Positions 1-29,176 of a stretch of DNA of 64,000 bases are shown piece after piece. How positions within the stretch are numbered: position 1 is the first letter of the stretch; each line of letters opens with the position of its first letter. This DNA is from Podarcis erhardii. Its lineage: Eukaryota. A program made the position numbers and the translations under genes. Under the pieces are notes generated by a model that ran no database searches, was not told where the DNA came from, and saw only the letters and a program-made list of their open reading frames with translations. The stretch lies in NCBI GenBank assembly GCA_964252035.1, contig OZ176212.1. One strand, 5' to 3'.

Positions 1-164
1 CATTATAATGTTAGATTCAGGCACGACCCAGAGAGGCAAATGAGACCCCAACTGATAGCTATTTGGACTGCTTCGATTCCACAATTCTGCCCAAGTGTAG
101 ATAAAATAAAGAGCTTAGTACTGGGTGAAAAATTCAGCGTCCTGAAGGGTTCTGCTTTTATTTA

Positions 165-378
165 CAATGGTACCTCTAGTTGCGTTCCGCTCTTGTTACA
201 AACTTTCAGCTTACGAATGCGGCAAACCCAGAAGTGTTTACTTCCGGGTTCGCCACGCGTGCATACGTAGAAGCGATCTGTGTACTTCGTGCATGCACAA
301 AAGCGATCTAGTTGTGGACTTTTCGGGGTGCGAATGGCACCCCAAAACGGATTAAGTCCACAACTAGAGGTACCACTG
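165..378. mobile_element. Tc1/mariner-superfamily MITE (~214 bp)
   Basis: Terminal inverted repeats CAATGGTACCTCTAGTTG (165) and CAACTAGAGGTACCACTG (ends 378) differ by 1 mismatch; both sides are flanked by TA (163-164, 379-380); no coding capacity. Confidence 0.8.
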
Positions 379-944
379 TATTTTAAAATAAGTGCCTTGC
401 ACTTAGGGGGGTGAAATGGCCCACTCTTCCACTGGAATGGTGGGTGGGGGTGGGACAAGCAATACACTCCAAATGAAGAAAAAGAGGAATAAGGATGTGA
501 TAAGAGGAAATGAAAAGGCCCTTATTTTAGACCAGGGAACCTCATGTAGAGAGACATTAATCACAAACAATGGTGGCAAATCAGGTTCTAGACTGTACCA
601 CTTCAGAGTGCAGAAAGGGGCTCACAAGAACTTTACAAGAGCTTCATCGGATTATTATTATTATTTTTTAAAGTCCTGCAAAATTAAATTGGATGTATCC
701 TAGGCATGCCAGCTTCCTATATAATAACAATAATAATAAATTTTATTTATATCCCGCCCTCCCCAGCCGAAGCCGGGCTCAGGGCGGCTAACAACAATAC
801 AACAGTACAACACAACACATATGTAGGAATGTTATTTTTTTCCGTGGGGGAGCAATTCTGTCTTGTTGGCTCCCATCTGTGGTCTGAAAAGGCACAGTAC
901 TGAAAGTCACATGACAGTCACAGTCACATGACACCCCCTCTGTT

Positions 945-1140
945 AGGAAGAAAGGAAGATGCTTTATACCAGGTCAAACCTCTTGTTCATCTAGCCCAAT
1001 ATGAGCTACTCTGACCAGCTCTTCAGGGTCTCAGGAAGATGTCTGTCCTGACACCTGCTGCCTGATTCTTTTAATTAGAGATTAACCTGGCACCATCTGC
1101 ATGCATAGCATGTGCTCTACCAATGAGCTGCAGTCTCTGC
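945..1140 (-). mobile_element. tRNA-derived SINE (Squam3-like), degenerate
   Basis: Resembles the better-preserved copy at 13385-13550 (..CATCTAG..CAGGG..CTGCATGCA..GCTCTAC..TGAGCT..); the tRNA-like head is on the minus strand. Confidence 0.5.
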
Positions 1141-1221
1141 CTCAAAGGAAGGTGAGGTGCTGCTGCAAGAATTTGGCCTCTGTGGACCCCAATTTGGCCT
1201 CTCCCCCCCCCCATTTCTTAC

Positions 1222-4200
1222 CTTGCATCCTTTTGCGTTCATGGAGTCAATGGTGCGGCGGATGGCAGGGTTGGGCGGCTCTATGAGCTCTACCTGTGTA
1301 CGGACATTCAGCTCCAGGTAAGGCCCAATCAGGAAGTAATTCTCTCCCCACTCATCCAGCGTAATCTTGGCTTTGGTCTGGATAACCGTGTAGATCCCAC
1401 CAACTGAAGGGAGAGAAGGGATGGCATTAGTTGACCCCCTATAGGCTGGTACCCACCTGCTCCCAGACATCAATGCGGTCAAGCACAAAGAGGGAGTTTC
1501 GTTCACTTTCAGGGGTCTTGGCATTGGGTTGGCTTGTGACCACAGGATGCTGAATGTGAAAATTATCAGTGGTAGATTCAGGAGAGGCTGAAAGGAAGCG
1601 CTTCTTCACACGATGTAAAGTTACGGGATTCGCTAAGACATGATGTAGGGATGGCTGGTGGCTTTCAAACATGGACAGAGAAGTTCATAGATTCAGAGTT
1701 GAGTAGGATCTCAAAGGTCACCTAGTTTAACTCCCTGCCAATGCAGAAAATCCACTGCTTCAGTATCCCTGCTTGGCTTCAACCTCTGCTTAAAAACCTC
1801 TAGTGAAGGAGAGTTCTCCAGCAGCGGCTTCTGAACTGCTGAAAAGCTGTGCCATCGGGGAGTTCCTTATAAATGTTTACTTGAAATCCCCCTTCTTGTA
1901 ATTCAAATGTTAGATTTGTTCCCACCCACCCAAGCAACAGATTTGCTCCATCATCTATGTAATAGCACTTCAAATATTTGAAAATGGCTATTGTATCGCT
2001 TCTTAATCATCTCTTCTTCAGGCTAAGCAGTTCATGGAGGATAGGTCTGTTCGTGGTAATTAGTCACAATGGGTATATCCAGTTTGCACATTCATTCCAC
2101 AATGGGGGACAACAAGAAGGGAGGGGCATTTTTTCAGGCTCTTGCATAGGATTCCCAGAAACACCTGCCTGGCTACTGCAGGAAGTAGGATGCTGGACCA
2201 GGCAGGTCTTTAGATTAGATTAGATCTTTAGAGTTCTTCCTGTACTCCTGTGGTTGTACTGCTTGGATGTTCCTCAGTGAACCTATTCCAGTGCTTTATA
2301 CAGTAACCTACTAACACTATTTCCCTTCGATATGAAAAGCCCTTGTGCAATGCAACAGCCTACTTTCGCTAGATCCTTAATCAGAAATGGAAGCATTCCA
2401 ACACTGAGTCAGAAACATTAAGGGGAAGTTGGCTCGTGCATGCTCCCAATGGATGTCTGTGGCACAGCACAACAATTTCCACATGTGAACTGCAGGTCAA
2501 GCAGAATGGTTCTCAGTAGGGGCAGCGCACATGTTTGGCTCCAAATCATCACTGAGAAAGGATAAATCATGGCGGGAAACATGAATTTGTGGATGCCACA
2601 GAGATGCACTTACTTACACAGTGCCATAAGCAGAAGTAAGTAGCTTAGGAATATACAACTGTTTCAGTTGCATCTACTTAGGTTTAGGTACAGATATTAG
2701 GGTAGGGATGGGAATCCTATGGCTATTCAGATGTTGTTGGACTACATCTTCCATAATCCCCAAGCTGTGGCCGTGCTGGCTGGGGCTGATGGGAACAGGA
2801 GTCCAACAGCATCCCAAGGGCACAGCTTCCTCATTCCTCCAGTAGGGTATTGCTACACTTCCATAGAAATGTCTGAGGCAGAATTCACTCAGGGGTGGTG
2901 AACAAGCAGCTACACGATGCACACCTCTTCTGAATGGGTTCCTGTTTCAACATTATAACTGAAGAACACATACAAAAAGGAAGCTTTGAGGTACCCTTGC
3001 GTCTGCTCACCAAGGCTTTTGGGGTTCTGGGATTTGCCAAGGAAAACTAGAATGATGCAAGCTCAACCCCAGCAGCCCAGGAGATGCGCAGATCAAAACT
3101 TTAGATCTTTCAGTTTGGAGTTGCCCCAAAGTACTTTGCTCTGACTCTGCAGACCCGAGAGAATTAAGGAGGCCATACACTTGCTCCAAGATTCCTGGCA
3201 CTAATTGTTCTCTTATAACCAGTTAGGCGCCAGTTCTCTTCCTGGAAAGAGCATGAACTCTGCCATCACTTGCAAGCCACTTCGCCTACCTATGGTCCTG
3301 GCTCTCTCTGTCAAACATGCATCTCATCTTGGCTCACTGCATCCTCTTCCAAGCTAGTAAATCGAAAAGAAGGGTGGAAAACCACCTACATGAATAATGT
3401 AGGTGAAAAAGCTTGGCCAGGAAATTAGCCCTGCTGGATACAAGGGCCTGGGGCATCACTTCTATAAGGAGCAAGCGCCATTTTGGGGCTGGATAAATGC
3501 AGGCTTCTCACATGGAATTTATGGGCGCACTGCTGCTCAGTTTGGCCTCAGGCAAGACCTCAGCTGGATGGCTGCAAACTGAGGGCCCTGAAGGACAATG
3601 CTGACCAATGTCATCCTGTCCACTGCCTGGACAACCCAGGTGCCCTAAACATAAGAAGAGCCTGCTGGATCAGGCCACTGGCCAATTGAGTCCTGCATTC
3701 TGTTCGGTGGCCCAACTGGTTGGCCATGGGAATCTTGCAAGCAGAGACTGAGCACAAGAACACTCTCCCTTCCTGTGGTTTCCAGAAACTGGTATTTAGA
3801 AGAGGCAGAGCACTGCCTCCATCCCAGCTACTAGACATTGATAACTCTGATGCTTATGTGCCTTGAACAACCCCAGTTTCATTCATCCCCATGACCATGA
3901 AGCCAAGGCACTGTGTTCTGTATTCATCACTCCACAAATATACGCAAGCCCTACTTTGAGATAATGGAAGAAGTACTTAATATTGATACACCTTCCAGAC
4001 TTTCAGGAGCTGATTCGCTCCAATATTCTTCTGGCACACTGCTTCCTAGTAATTCGAAGTTGAGACCTTTAGGGGTACAATTGCTGTATTTCGAAGTGTA
4101 CTAGGACATAAATATGTATATATTAACTAGGGCCTGCCACCTCTGCTCATTCTACTTCCCAATCCCTTTGGCGAAATACCATTCCCCTACACCCAGAACA

Positions 4201-6967
4201 ACAACCCCCTCCCTTTATATCTCACCCCAGTCCCTCACTTATCCTGCCCCACAGCTTGCCCCTCCCCTCCTACCCCACCCCATGGAGCAGCTTGCTAAAC
4301 CGCTATGTGAAGGTGTGCTTAATGGGGAGGTACTTCACACAAGCACACATATCCTATGCATCATAGGATACATTCAGACACAAATTCCAACTATGTTTTA
4401 CAAAATTACAGTGCAACACTACACCTGAAAGGAAGTCCCACTGTATTCTGTGCAACTTATGCTCAGGTTACACATGCATAGGGTTGCAATCTTTGTCAGA
4501 TTTCAGTTTCTAAGACTTGCCTCCTCTCAGATCCCCAAGGATCTTGGTGGAAGCAATTGTTTAAAAAACCACACCAACAAAACAGTTAAGGCAATATGAA
4601 GTTATGTAAAACAGTACATAAAAAGCCATTAAAACTGCTTCAGCCTGCTTAGCCCAGTATGTCAAAAGCCTGTCCTAAACAAATTCCAGAATTGCTCAGG
4701 ATCCATCATTAGCCACCACGTGCCTTTGTCGCCTGGCTCTGCTGCATTGGTGACATGGCTCATGCTTGATCTAATAGTCACAATGGAGAGCATCTTCCAC
4801 TGAATGTCCTAAGAAAAACAGCAGGCTTTGCAAGTTAAAACTAGCATCTTGAATGGTGTCCAAAAGACAATGTGGAGCCGGGACTGATGCTAGAGCACAA
4901 CTGTAACATTTTCTTGGCAACCCACCCACCATCAGAAGACAGGCCTCCAAATTCTATATCCAATGGAAGTTTCCCAGAAAGCCATCTAAAACACCCCCTT
5001 CTTTAATATACCATCTTCAGATACAAGATCTGGGATGCTGAATTTTTTTTTTTTTTAATGGGAAAGGAACTGGGACTACCGAAGGGAAGAAACGAATAGT
5101 GTTTGTACAAATAGTGATTTGTAACCATTAAAACCAAAGACACATAGAGGAAAGAGAGAATAGGCTATGTTAATGTGACAGGGACAGGCAGAGAAAGGAA
5201 GTACATGATGCAGAAGTTCAATCCCCCAACAAACAGAAGTTGCAACAGGCTCTTAATAGTTACCATGCTTTGAGCAAATGTTGCTTTACATGTTTATAAT
5301 CCCATGAGGACTAGCGGGTTGATTTTGCTTCAAACTGAAGTCAGGTTTTTGTTCCTAGGCAGCATGATTCCAGGTGAGGTGGCTGAATCATGGCACTGGA
5401 TAGGGAAGGTTCTGACCTGACATTCAGAAGCAGCCACCCTCCTGCTTCTAAACAGTTGCCTATTTATACAAGGACGCAGCAACTTCAAGGACTGTGTGAC
5501 ATTTCAAGAGGTTCCTTATGCAACAGAATGGTGTGTGGGGTTGTGTGTGTGTGTGTATGTTGAGTGTAACCTCTGTGTGTGTGTGCGTGCATGAACATGG
5601 GGAGGTTGAGTGTAACCTTTCTGTGTTGGTAATATAGCTGGGGCATGCAAGGCACGTGCTCAAACTCTGGGGAAGAAGCCAGGAGAACTTTAACCTCCCA
5701 AAGGGTCATGTCCTTAACAGCGCACATGGGAACAGGTCCTCCGGGATAGTGACAGCGCTGGCAAGTGTCCAGGATCGAAAGGAGTCTCCATCGAAGCCCA
5801 CTGCCCCTTGTACAAGCAGCACCACAGCCGCATCCTTTCAACATCATTGCACCCCATGTTAATCACTTTATAGCCTGACAAAAGAGCACCAGGACTTCTG
5901 AAGCAAGACACATGGCAACTGATTCAACCAGAGGGCACACTGGGTGATCATTCTACATTCTGACAGCTGACTGCACTGGGAGCACTCAGAGTAACAGGGC
6001 ACTACAGCCGCCCATCAACCCATATTGCATTAACATAAAAGGGGGGGCTTTATAGCTAGGAGGAGCCATGCACAGTCATAGGAGGAATAAGGCCTAAGCT
6101 ACTTCCCAGACCTGTTGATTGCAAGGAAGAGACCACAGAGGTCCATTATAGGAGGAAGGGGAGCCCCAGAGAAAAGAGGATCCCTGACTTTCGGCTTCCT
6201 TTCCTCCGACACCACTGTTCCCCAAACAAGTGCCCTCCAGATGTTTTGGACACCAGCTCCCATCAACAAAGTAAATGGTCAGGGGTGATGGGAGCTCAGG
6301 TCCAACAACATCTAGAGGACATCAGGCTGTGGGAAGGATACCTTTACCCTTTCCAGCAGGGATGGGGAACCAATGGCCCTCTAGAATGATATTCCTGGAC
6401 TGCAACTCCCATCATCCCTGGCCAGCGTGGCTAATTGCCAGGGATGGTGGGAAATGTAGTCGAACAACATCTAGAGGACTGCAAGCCTGCCGCTCCTGCT
6501 TTAACGTCTAGGCCAGGGTTCCCCAAACTTGGGTCTCCAGCTGTTTTTGGACTACAGTTCCCATCATCCCTGACCACTGGTCCTGCTGGCTAGGGGTGAT
6601 GAGAGTTGTAGTCCAACTGGTGGAGGCTATTGGCTTTCAGGACTCAACATTACTTTGCTTACAAATATCTCAGCAAGACGTGTTCCCAGTCCCTCCTTAT
6701 GCTCACCCACTAGTCCCAATTCTGCAACACCCCCACCAAAGAAAAGAACCTCAGGCATTCCGGTTTCCACTTGCCAACCTGCTCGAGCCCATCAAACACC
6801 ACCATTTTCCTTAAAAAAAGAAGAAGCCTGAAAAGACATTACATCTTACCTTTATTGGCCACTTCCCAGGCCACCTCAAAAAGGATGGCATTTTCTAGGT
6901 CGAGTTCATCATCCCAGTCCTCCAATCCTGTCAGGGAGGTCACTGAGAGGCTGCGGGCGAGTGGCAT
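1222..6967 (-). CDS. GYS1: Glycogen synthase 1 (muscle), 5' part; gene continues off the left edge
   Basis: Coding exons 6967-6850 (118 nt, [39 protein letters not shown], donor gtaag) and 1403-1222 (182 nt, [61 protein letters not shown], cag/gtaag). Frame is continuous; the LEDW..DLENA N-terminus is GYS1-type; phospho-sites Ser8/Ser11 are kept. Confidence 0.95.
1590..1800. mobile_element. CR1 LINE 3' fragments
   Basis: TTCTTCACAC..GATGTAG.GATGGC..GGCTTT..ATGGA resembles the CR1 3' end also seen at 52120-52230; it is followed by a ..TCACCTAGTTTAACTCCCTGC.. segment like those at 7180 and 35930. Confidence 0.45.
2720..2830. mobile_element. Palindromic non-autonomous MITE (GGACTACA..CCCAT / ATGGGA..AGTCC family)
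   Basis: Internal hairpin arms are homologous to the copies at 6241-6630, 27140-27250, 44735-44840 and 48552-48678. Confidence 0.55.
3645..3845 (-). mobile_element. CR1 LINE 3' UTR fragment
   Basis: ACATAAGAAGAGCCTGCTGGATCAGGCC.. motif, shared with 50610-50850 and 63095-63450. Confidence 0.55.
5520..5630. repeat. (TG)n microsatellite with duplicated GTTGAGTGTAACCT unit
   Basis: Directly visible TG runs plus two copies of GTTGAGTGTAACCT. Confidence 0.8.
6241..6630. mobile_element. Three adjacent palindromic MITE copies in GYS1 intron
   Basis: Three hairpin units (~6241-6330, ~6390-6490, ~6513-6630), each with TGGAC..CTCCCATCA / TGATGGGAG..GTCC arms. Confidence 0.7.
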
Positions 6968-8099
6968 GGTGCCCCAGGGGTTGAAAGTGAGGACAAGGGG
7001 TTTCGGGGGAGGTTTAGGTCTAGCCTGGAGGAATCAGAAAAAGAAGGTCACGTTCTATTATCTATTATTATATCTATTGTTCTACTATTCTATCATGCCT
7101 GGAAGGGTCTCCGTAACTGGTGAGAATTCTAAGCATCCAGTTCTCTCAATGTACTTAAATAAAACCCCTTCCTCCTCAGATCCTAGAATTGTAGAGTTGG
7201 GGCAATCTAGTCCAAGCCCCTTAAATGCAGGAATCCTTTTCAACCCTCCTTTTTTCCACCTCAGACTACTTGGGAGTCCTGGCTCCCAGCCCACCTTCTC
7301 TAAACCATTATAAACCAAGTTTTTGTCTCTGTGTTTGCCCCCCACCCCACCCCCGTTTTGCTTCTAAGGAACCCAGGAGTCCAAGTTTTTGCCTCCTCTC
7401 CACCACCACCCCCACCCCTTGATCTTTTCGAAGGCTTGCATTTAGTCTTGAGTAACAGCAACAGCTGAAGGAGGGGAAAGGGTAAGATGGGAGGTCTGCC
7501 GGGAGCTTTCCGACTGCAACATTTAAGAGGTGGCAGGGCGGATGGGTGCATTTTAGAGAAGCTTGAAACGAGAGTGCATAGAAATCTTCTGTATCTAAGT
7601 AGGAAGGAACAGGGGTCCCGATTTTTTCCTCTAAGCAACAGCGAGAGGGAAACCTAGGCGAAGAGAAGGCGGAGTGCAGGCCTCGCTTACTCTGCAAGAG
7701 ACTCTGGACAGCAGGCTTGGGATCCTTCCGGGAAGCGCGGAAAAGACTAGAATATAAGAAGGAACGTAGCGATCCTTTAAGAATCTTGTTAGGAACAGGG
7801 TGGGGGAAGGGAGAGCATATTAGATTTGGGATCGCAGGCCTCTGGGAGCAGAGGTACAAGATTTGTTCCTCAGAGGTATTGTGCGGGGGTTGTGCAAGGA
7901 TAGGGAGGGCGAGAGAGAAGGAAGGAAGGAAGGAAGGGAGAAGTAACTGCAGCAGGAATTTTCTCTCTCTGTGTGTGTGTGTGAAGCATGCAGTCCGGTT
8001 CCCATTGGGAATCGGGGGGAGCAAGAGGAGCTAGATACAGCATGAAATGAAAAGAGTCCTAGGTATAGTTATGAATAAGGCTGGGTCACTGGCGATTAA

Positions 8100-8500
8100 A
8101 GGAAAGGGGGATCCTCGGGAGCGCCCGGGTGAATCCGGCTGTGCTTACCTCTCTGCAGCTGAGGACAAACTACTTGCTCGCTCCCCCGCACCTCCTCCCC
8201 CTCCCCTCCAGACCCTCCTGCTCAGAGGCCACACCCCTCAGTGGGCGGGGCCACGGCCCAAGACGGACTCGCCCCCCTCGACAGGGGCAGCCTTCTCATG
8301 CCTCCGGGGTTTCTTTTCCTGCTTCTGCCCACCCTGACCTACGTTCCTTTGCCTCTCCGGGTTTCTTGATTGGCTGAGGGGGAAGCCTCCCAGCAGGCTC
8401 GGCAGCGTCTCGAACGCGTCGGAAAGGAAGAGAGGTTGTTGCAAGGTCTTAAAGGGGAAGTGTCGGCAGTGAAAGGGAGGAGGGGTTGCATTGGCGATGG
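8100..8500 (-). promoter_or_regulatory. GYS1 CpG-rich promoter and probable non-coding first exon (donor after 8149)
   Basis: CpG-rich; GAG|gtaagc donor on the minus strand at 8149; GC box; minus-strand CCAAT boxes near 8369 and 8490. The ATG exon has its own acceptor (ctccag) at 7024. Confidence 0.6.
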
Positions 8501-9869
8501 AAGGAGAAAGCCGAATGGGAAAGGTGGGGGGGGGTGCATAGAATATGGGTACAGGGAGAATCAGGGGCGAAAGGGGGTTCCAGGAAAAATATAGGAGGCA
8601 ATTATGCAGAATAATTATAGAGAAAAAGAAGAGCTTGAGGACACACTGTGGGGCAAAAGGAGAAAGTCTGGTTGAAGGTGAGTGTGGGGTAATGATAGAG
8701 AAGGAGATTGTGGGATATAACAATGGAGAATTTCAGTAAAAGCAGAGTGGGGTGGTTTGAGGGTTAAAGTGAGATTGTGGTGTAAAATATGGGGCTAATG
8801 ACAGAATCAGGTAAAAGGAGATTATGGAATAGATGTTGGGATAATGATGGATAATCAGGGTGAAAGGAGATTATGGACTAATTAACATCTTCCTTCTTCC
8901 TCCCAATTCCTTTTGTATCATGCATCTTATTACTGATCTTTGTAAGGAGCTCTGAGAGCCTGAAGTGAGAGGGGGAAAGTAATTAGGGCTGCACAACTTT
9001 TGATCAACTAGGCTGAATCCTGTTTACCAGCTGTGTATGACAGCCCACTGAGGTAAAGTAAACTTTGCTGCCTGCCTGGGATTGCAAAAACAGGTTATCA
9101 GTGGGAAGCAACTTAAAGGCATAAAACGAAATATTACAAATGAATAAAAATAGATTGCATCATTTTGTTGAAATATCTTAACCCATGTGCTAGTTTAACC
9201 TCCCAAAGCGAGACACATGGGTCTTGCAACACTTCGGAAGTTGCTGGATCTTGGGTGTTGGCAGGACTCTCTGAACAGGGGATTTTGGATGACGAGAGGC
9301 ACCCAAAACAGTTCTGTTGGCAATCTGGCTCAATTCAAGGAATCCTTAAGGTAGCAACACTTTTTTCGGAGTAAGCCTCATTAAGCTCAGCAGGATTTAC
9401 AATGTAGATAAGATATTAATTTTTTACAGTATTATCTTTCCTTTCCTTCCATTAAGGAGCTCATGGGTGCTTACCCGCCCATTTTATGAACACAACCTTG
9501 TGAGGTAGATTAGGATAAGGGATAGTGACTGTCTGATGTCTGCCTAGAAAAACTTCAGTGACTTGTGCTTAAAAAGAGAGAAAGACACAAGAGGAAAGTG
9601 TTGGAGGTTCAACCACTGTTAAACTCACAAACACACACAAAACATTTCCCTCTGAATTGGCCTGAGCCTCTTGGGGTCAGATTCGTTAGTATCTGTTATG
9701 TGTTCTCTAAATTCACTGTTCAGATTCCGGTTTGGTGAGAGCTTGTCAGATTTGAACAATTTACTGTTACCATGTAACGTGCTGAATTATTCCTCACTGC
9801 GATACGTAGAAAAAGGGACGGACGGAGCTACAGGGACACGTGCATAATCTCACATTGTCAATGGCACCC

Positions 9870-11097
9870 TTCTTGACCAATAGGATCTCATTAGGGCTTC
9901 GACCAATGAGCTTTCACGAAAGAATTCCCAGGCTGGTAATGGCGCGGCCCATATAGGCCTGACACTAATCAAGGAGGCCTGTATTTGTTGGATACAGACA
10001 GTTCGCGCTTTATGAACGATAACAAAAGTACCCAATCAAACATGATAGCTGTTAAATTGACAACGAGCTCGCCCAGTAAGCGCTTCTGTTGAAGAGAAAG
10101 GGCTGTTGCTAATCCCTAAGTGATATCTTGCCATTCTCAAATAGAATTTGACCTTGGCCATGAAGCATTACAACTTTTAAATCGTTTTTATAATCGTTCC
10201 CGCCAATAATTGTCATAGAGATCCGCCAGTAAGTGAATGAAGGGCGCTATGTGGGGATTTAAATGTGAGTGACTGCCAAGGCGGCCAATGGCCATTAGGG
10301 AGTCACTTTATAGGCGGTCTCTTCCTCATCTCAGCCAATCGAGCCAATATTCAGTTTTTCAGGACGGCTGTCTCCTAATTCCTTAAGCCATCCAGCTTTC
10401 ACTCTGTGCTGCTGGAGTTTCTCATTCAGAATGTGGATTCCTTTTCGTGATCCCGCTCTTCCTTTTCCTTTGTCACGTTTCCCTCGTGTCAAATTATCTG
10501 AAGCGACTGAATTTGAACGCGAACGCTCTTATTTGATTGCCACTTAAATGAACCAATAGCTTCCACGTTTGAGATGGTGGGACGAAGAGAAGAACCAATA
10601 GCTATGGAGAAGACGGAGGCCTTTATCTTTGAATGACGCTTAGGTACACCGATAGCTATTCCTCTATCGCTGGTAAAAACCGCCTCCCTGCTACGATTGA
10701 CGGCCATTTCCCCACCTCATCTAATGGCATTTAAAGCTCATGGAGTGGAAGCAACGCCCCCAGCGCTGACGGACAACTTCCCCCCCGCTCCTTTGGATCT
10801 TTTAGCCTCTGGGAGAGCTCAGCGCGCGCGCAAACGACCGACCAAGAAGCCGCTCTGCCTCTCCAAGTTGGTCCAATGGGGATTGAGCGTCGGTTGATAG
10901 ACAGCTATTCCTCCTTCTGACTGTCCGAGACCCGGTCAGCCTATGAAAATCCAGAGGCGGGCTTTACTTCCTTTCCCGCCCATGCTCCTTGAATGACAAC
11001 GGCTCCGCCCAATGGGCTGCCCAGTCCCCTCCCCTCCGCTCAGCAAGGCTGGGGGAGCCGAGCCAGTGCTTCTCTCTTTCTGTGTCTCATTCACAAG
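9870..11097 (+). promoter_or_regulatory. PRMT1 promoter with CCAAT-box array and GC boxes
   Basis: 11 plus-strand CCAAT pentamers, elevated CpG, and GGCGGG/CCGCCC boxes immediately upstream of the ATG at 11098. Confidence 0.7.
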
Positions 11098-28320
<17,223 letters not shown>

Positions 28321-29170
28321 CCCAGCCACCCCTTGCCAGATCTTTTTTTCTCCTCCTCCTCCTCCAACTGACCTTGCAACCCAGAGCTAACCCTCCCTGT
28401 CGTCCTGTTTAAGTTGGTGTCTCACTAATTCATTTCATTGTGTAGTTCCTTGTTGCTGCGACTCTGGGCCAGCAAGGGGAGGGGTCAGTATTAGAGGCTA
28501 GGAGGAAATAGCCAAGACCCCCCCCTCAACCCTGTTGCTCCTCATTTTCAAATCTTCCTTTCCCACCCACAACCAACCTCCCCTCCTCCAGGCCAGGAGC
28601 CAAGGCTGTTAGCACAACTGAAGACACAGGTGGTTTGTCCATCCGTCCGTTTGTTCTGAGGCCCGAGTGCCGACAGCAGACTTCCATCATGAATTTGTTT
28701 TTTAAAAATAATTATAATTTTTCTTTGGTTAGTTAAATCATTGTTGGTATCACCTGCCAAACTGTGTTGCCCAGGATCCTTGTCCCTCCTCTTGCCCTGT
28801 TTTCTGGAGTAACTGCTCCTGACACTATCCTCTGCTCCAGTGTAAACGCTGCTCAGTTTTTTGAAGGGTACACTTCTATCCAGTGCCCAAATGGGGGTGG
28901 GGGTTCCCAACAGGTTTTTATCAAGAGGGCACGTGGAGGGGTGTGGGTGGAAAAGGCATCTCCATTTTGTGAGTGTTAAGTTTTTTCCCCCACTGACGGT
29001 TTTGTACTCCTCCCCCCCTTAACAATTCCCTGTTCGGATCTGTGGGAGGGAGTTGTGTGGGGTTTTTCTTTTTCTTTTTTAAATCCCTTGCCCCTTCGAA
29101 AGCTGACATCGTGTGACTGTTTCATAACTTATGGTTTTTATATGGTTACATTCATGAGGGAAAAAATAAT

Positions 29171-29176
29171 AATAAA
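29171..29176 (+). terminator. PRMT1 polyadenylation signal
   Basis: AATAAA ~850 nt after the stop codon, preceded by a U-rich UTR segment. Confidence 0.65.

Noticed and set aside
1222-6967. GYS2 instead of GYS1
   Set aside because: N-terminus [16 protein letters not shown] and EVANK match GYS1, not GYS2 (MLRG..LPQWE, EVTNK).
7300-8723. ORFs of 238, 161 and 112 aa around the GYS1 promoter
   Set aside because: Non-ATG starts, simple-repeat content and no homology recognised.
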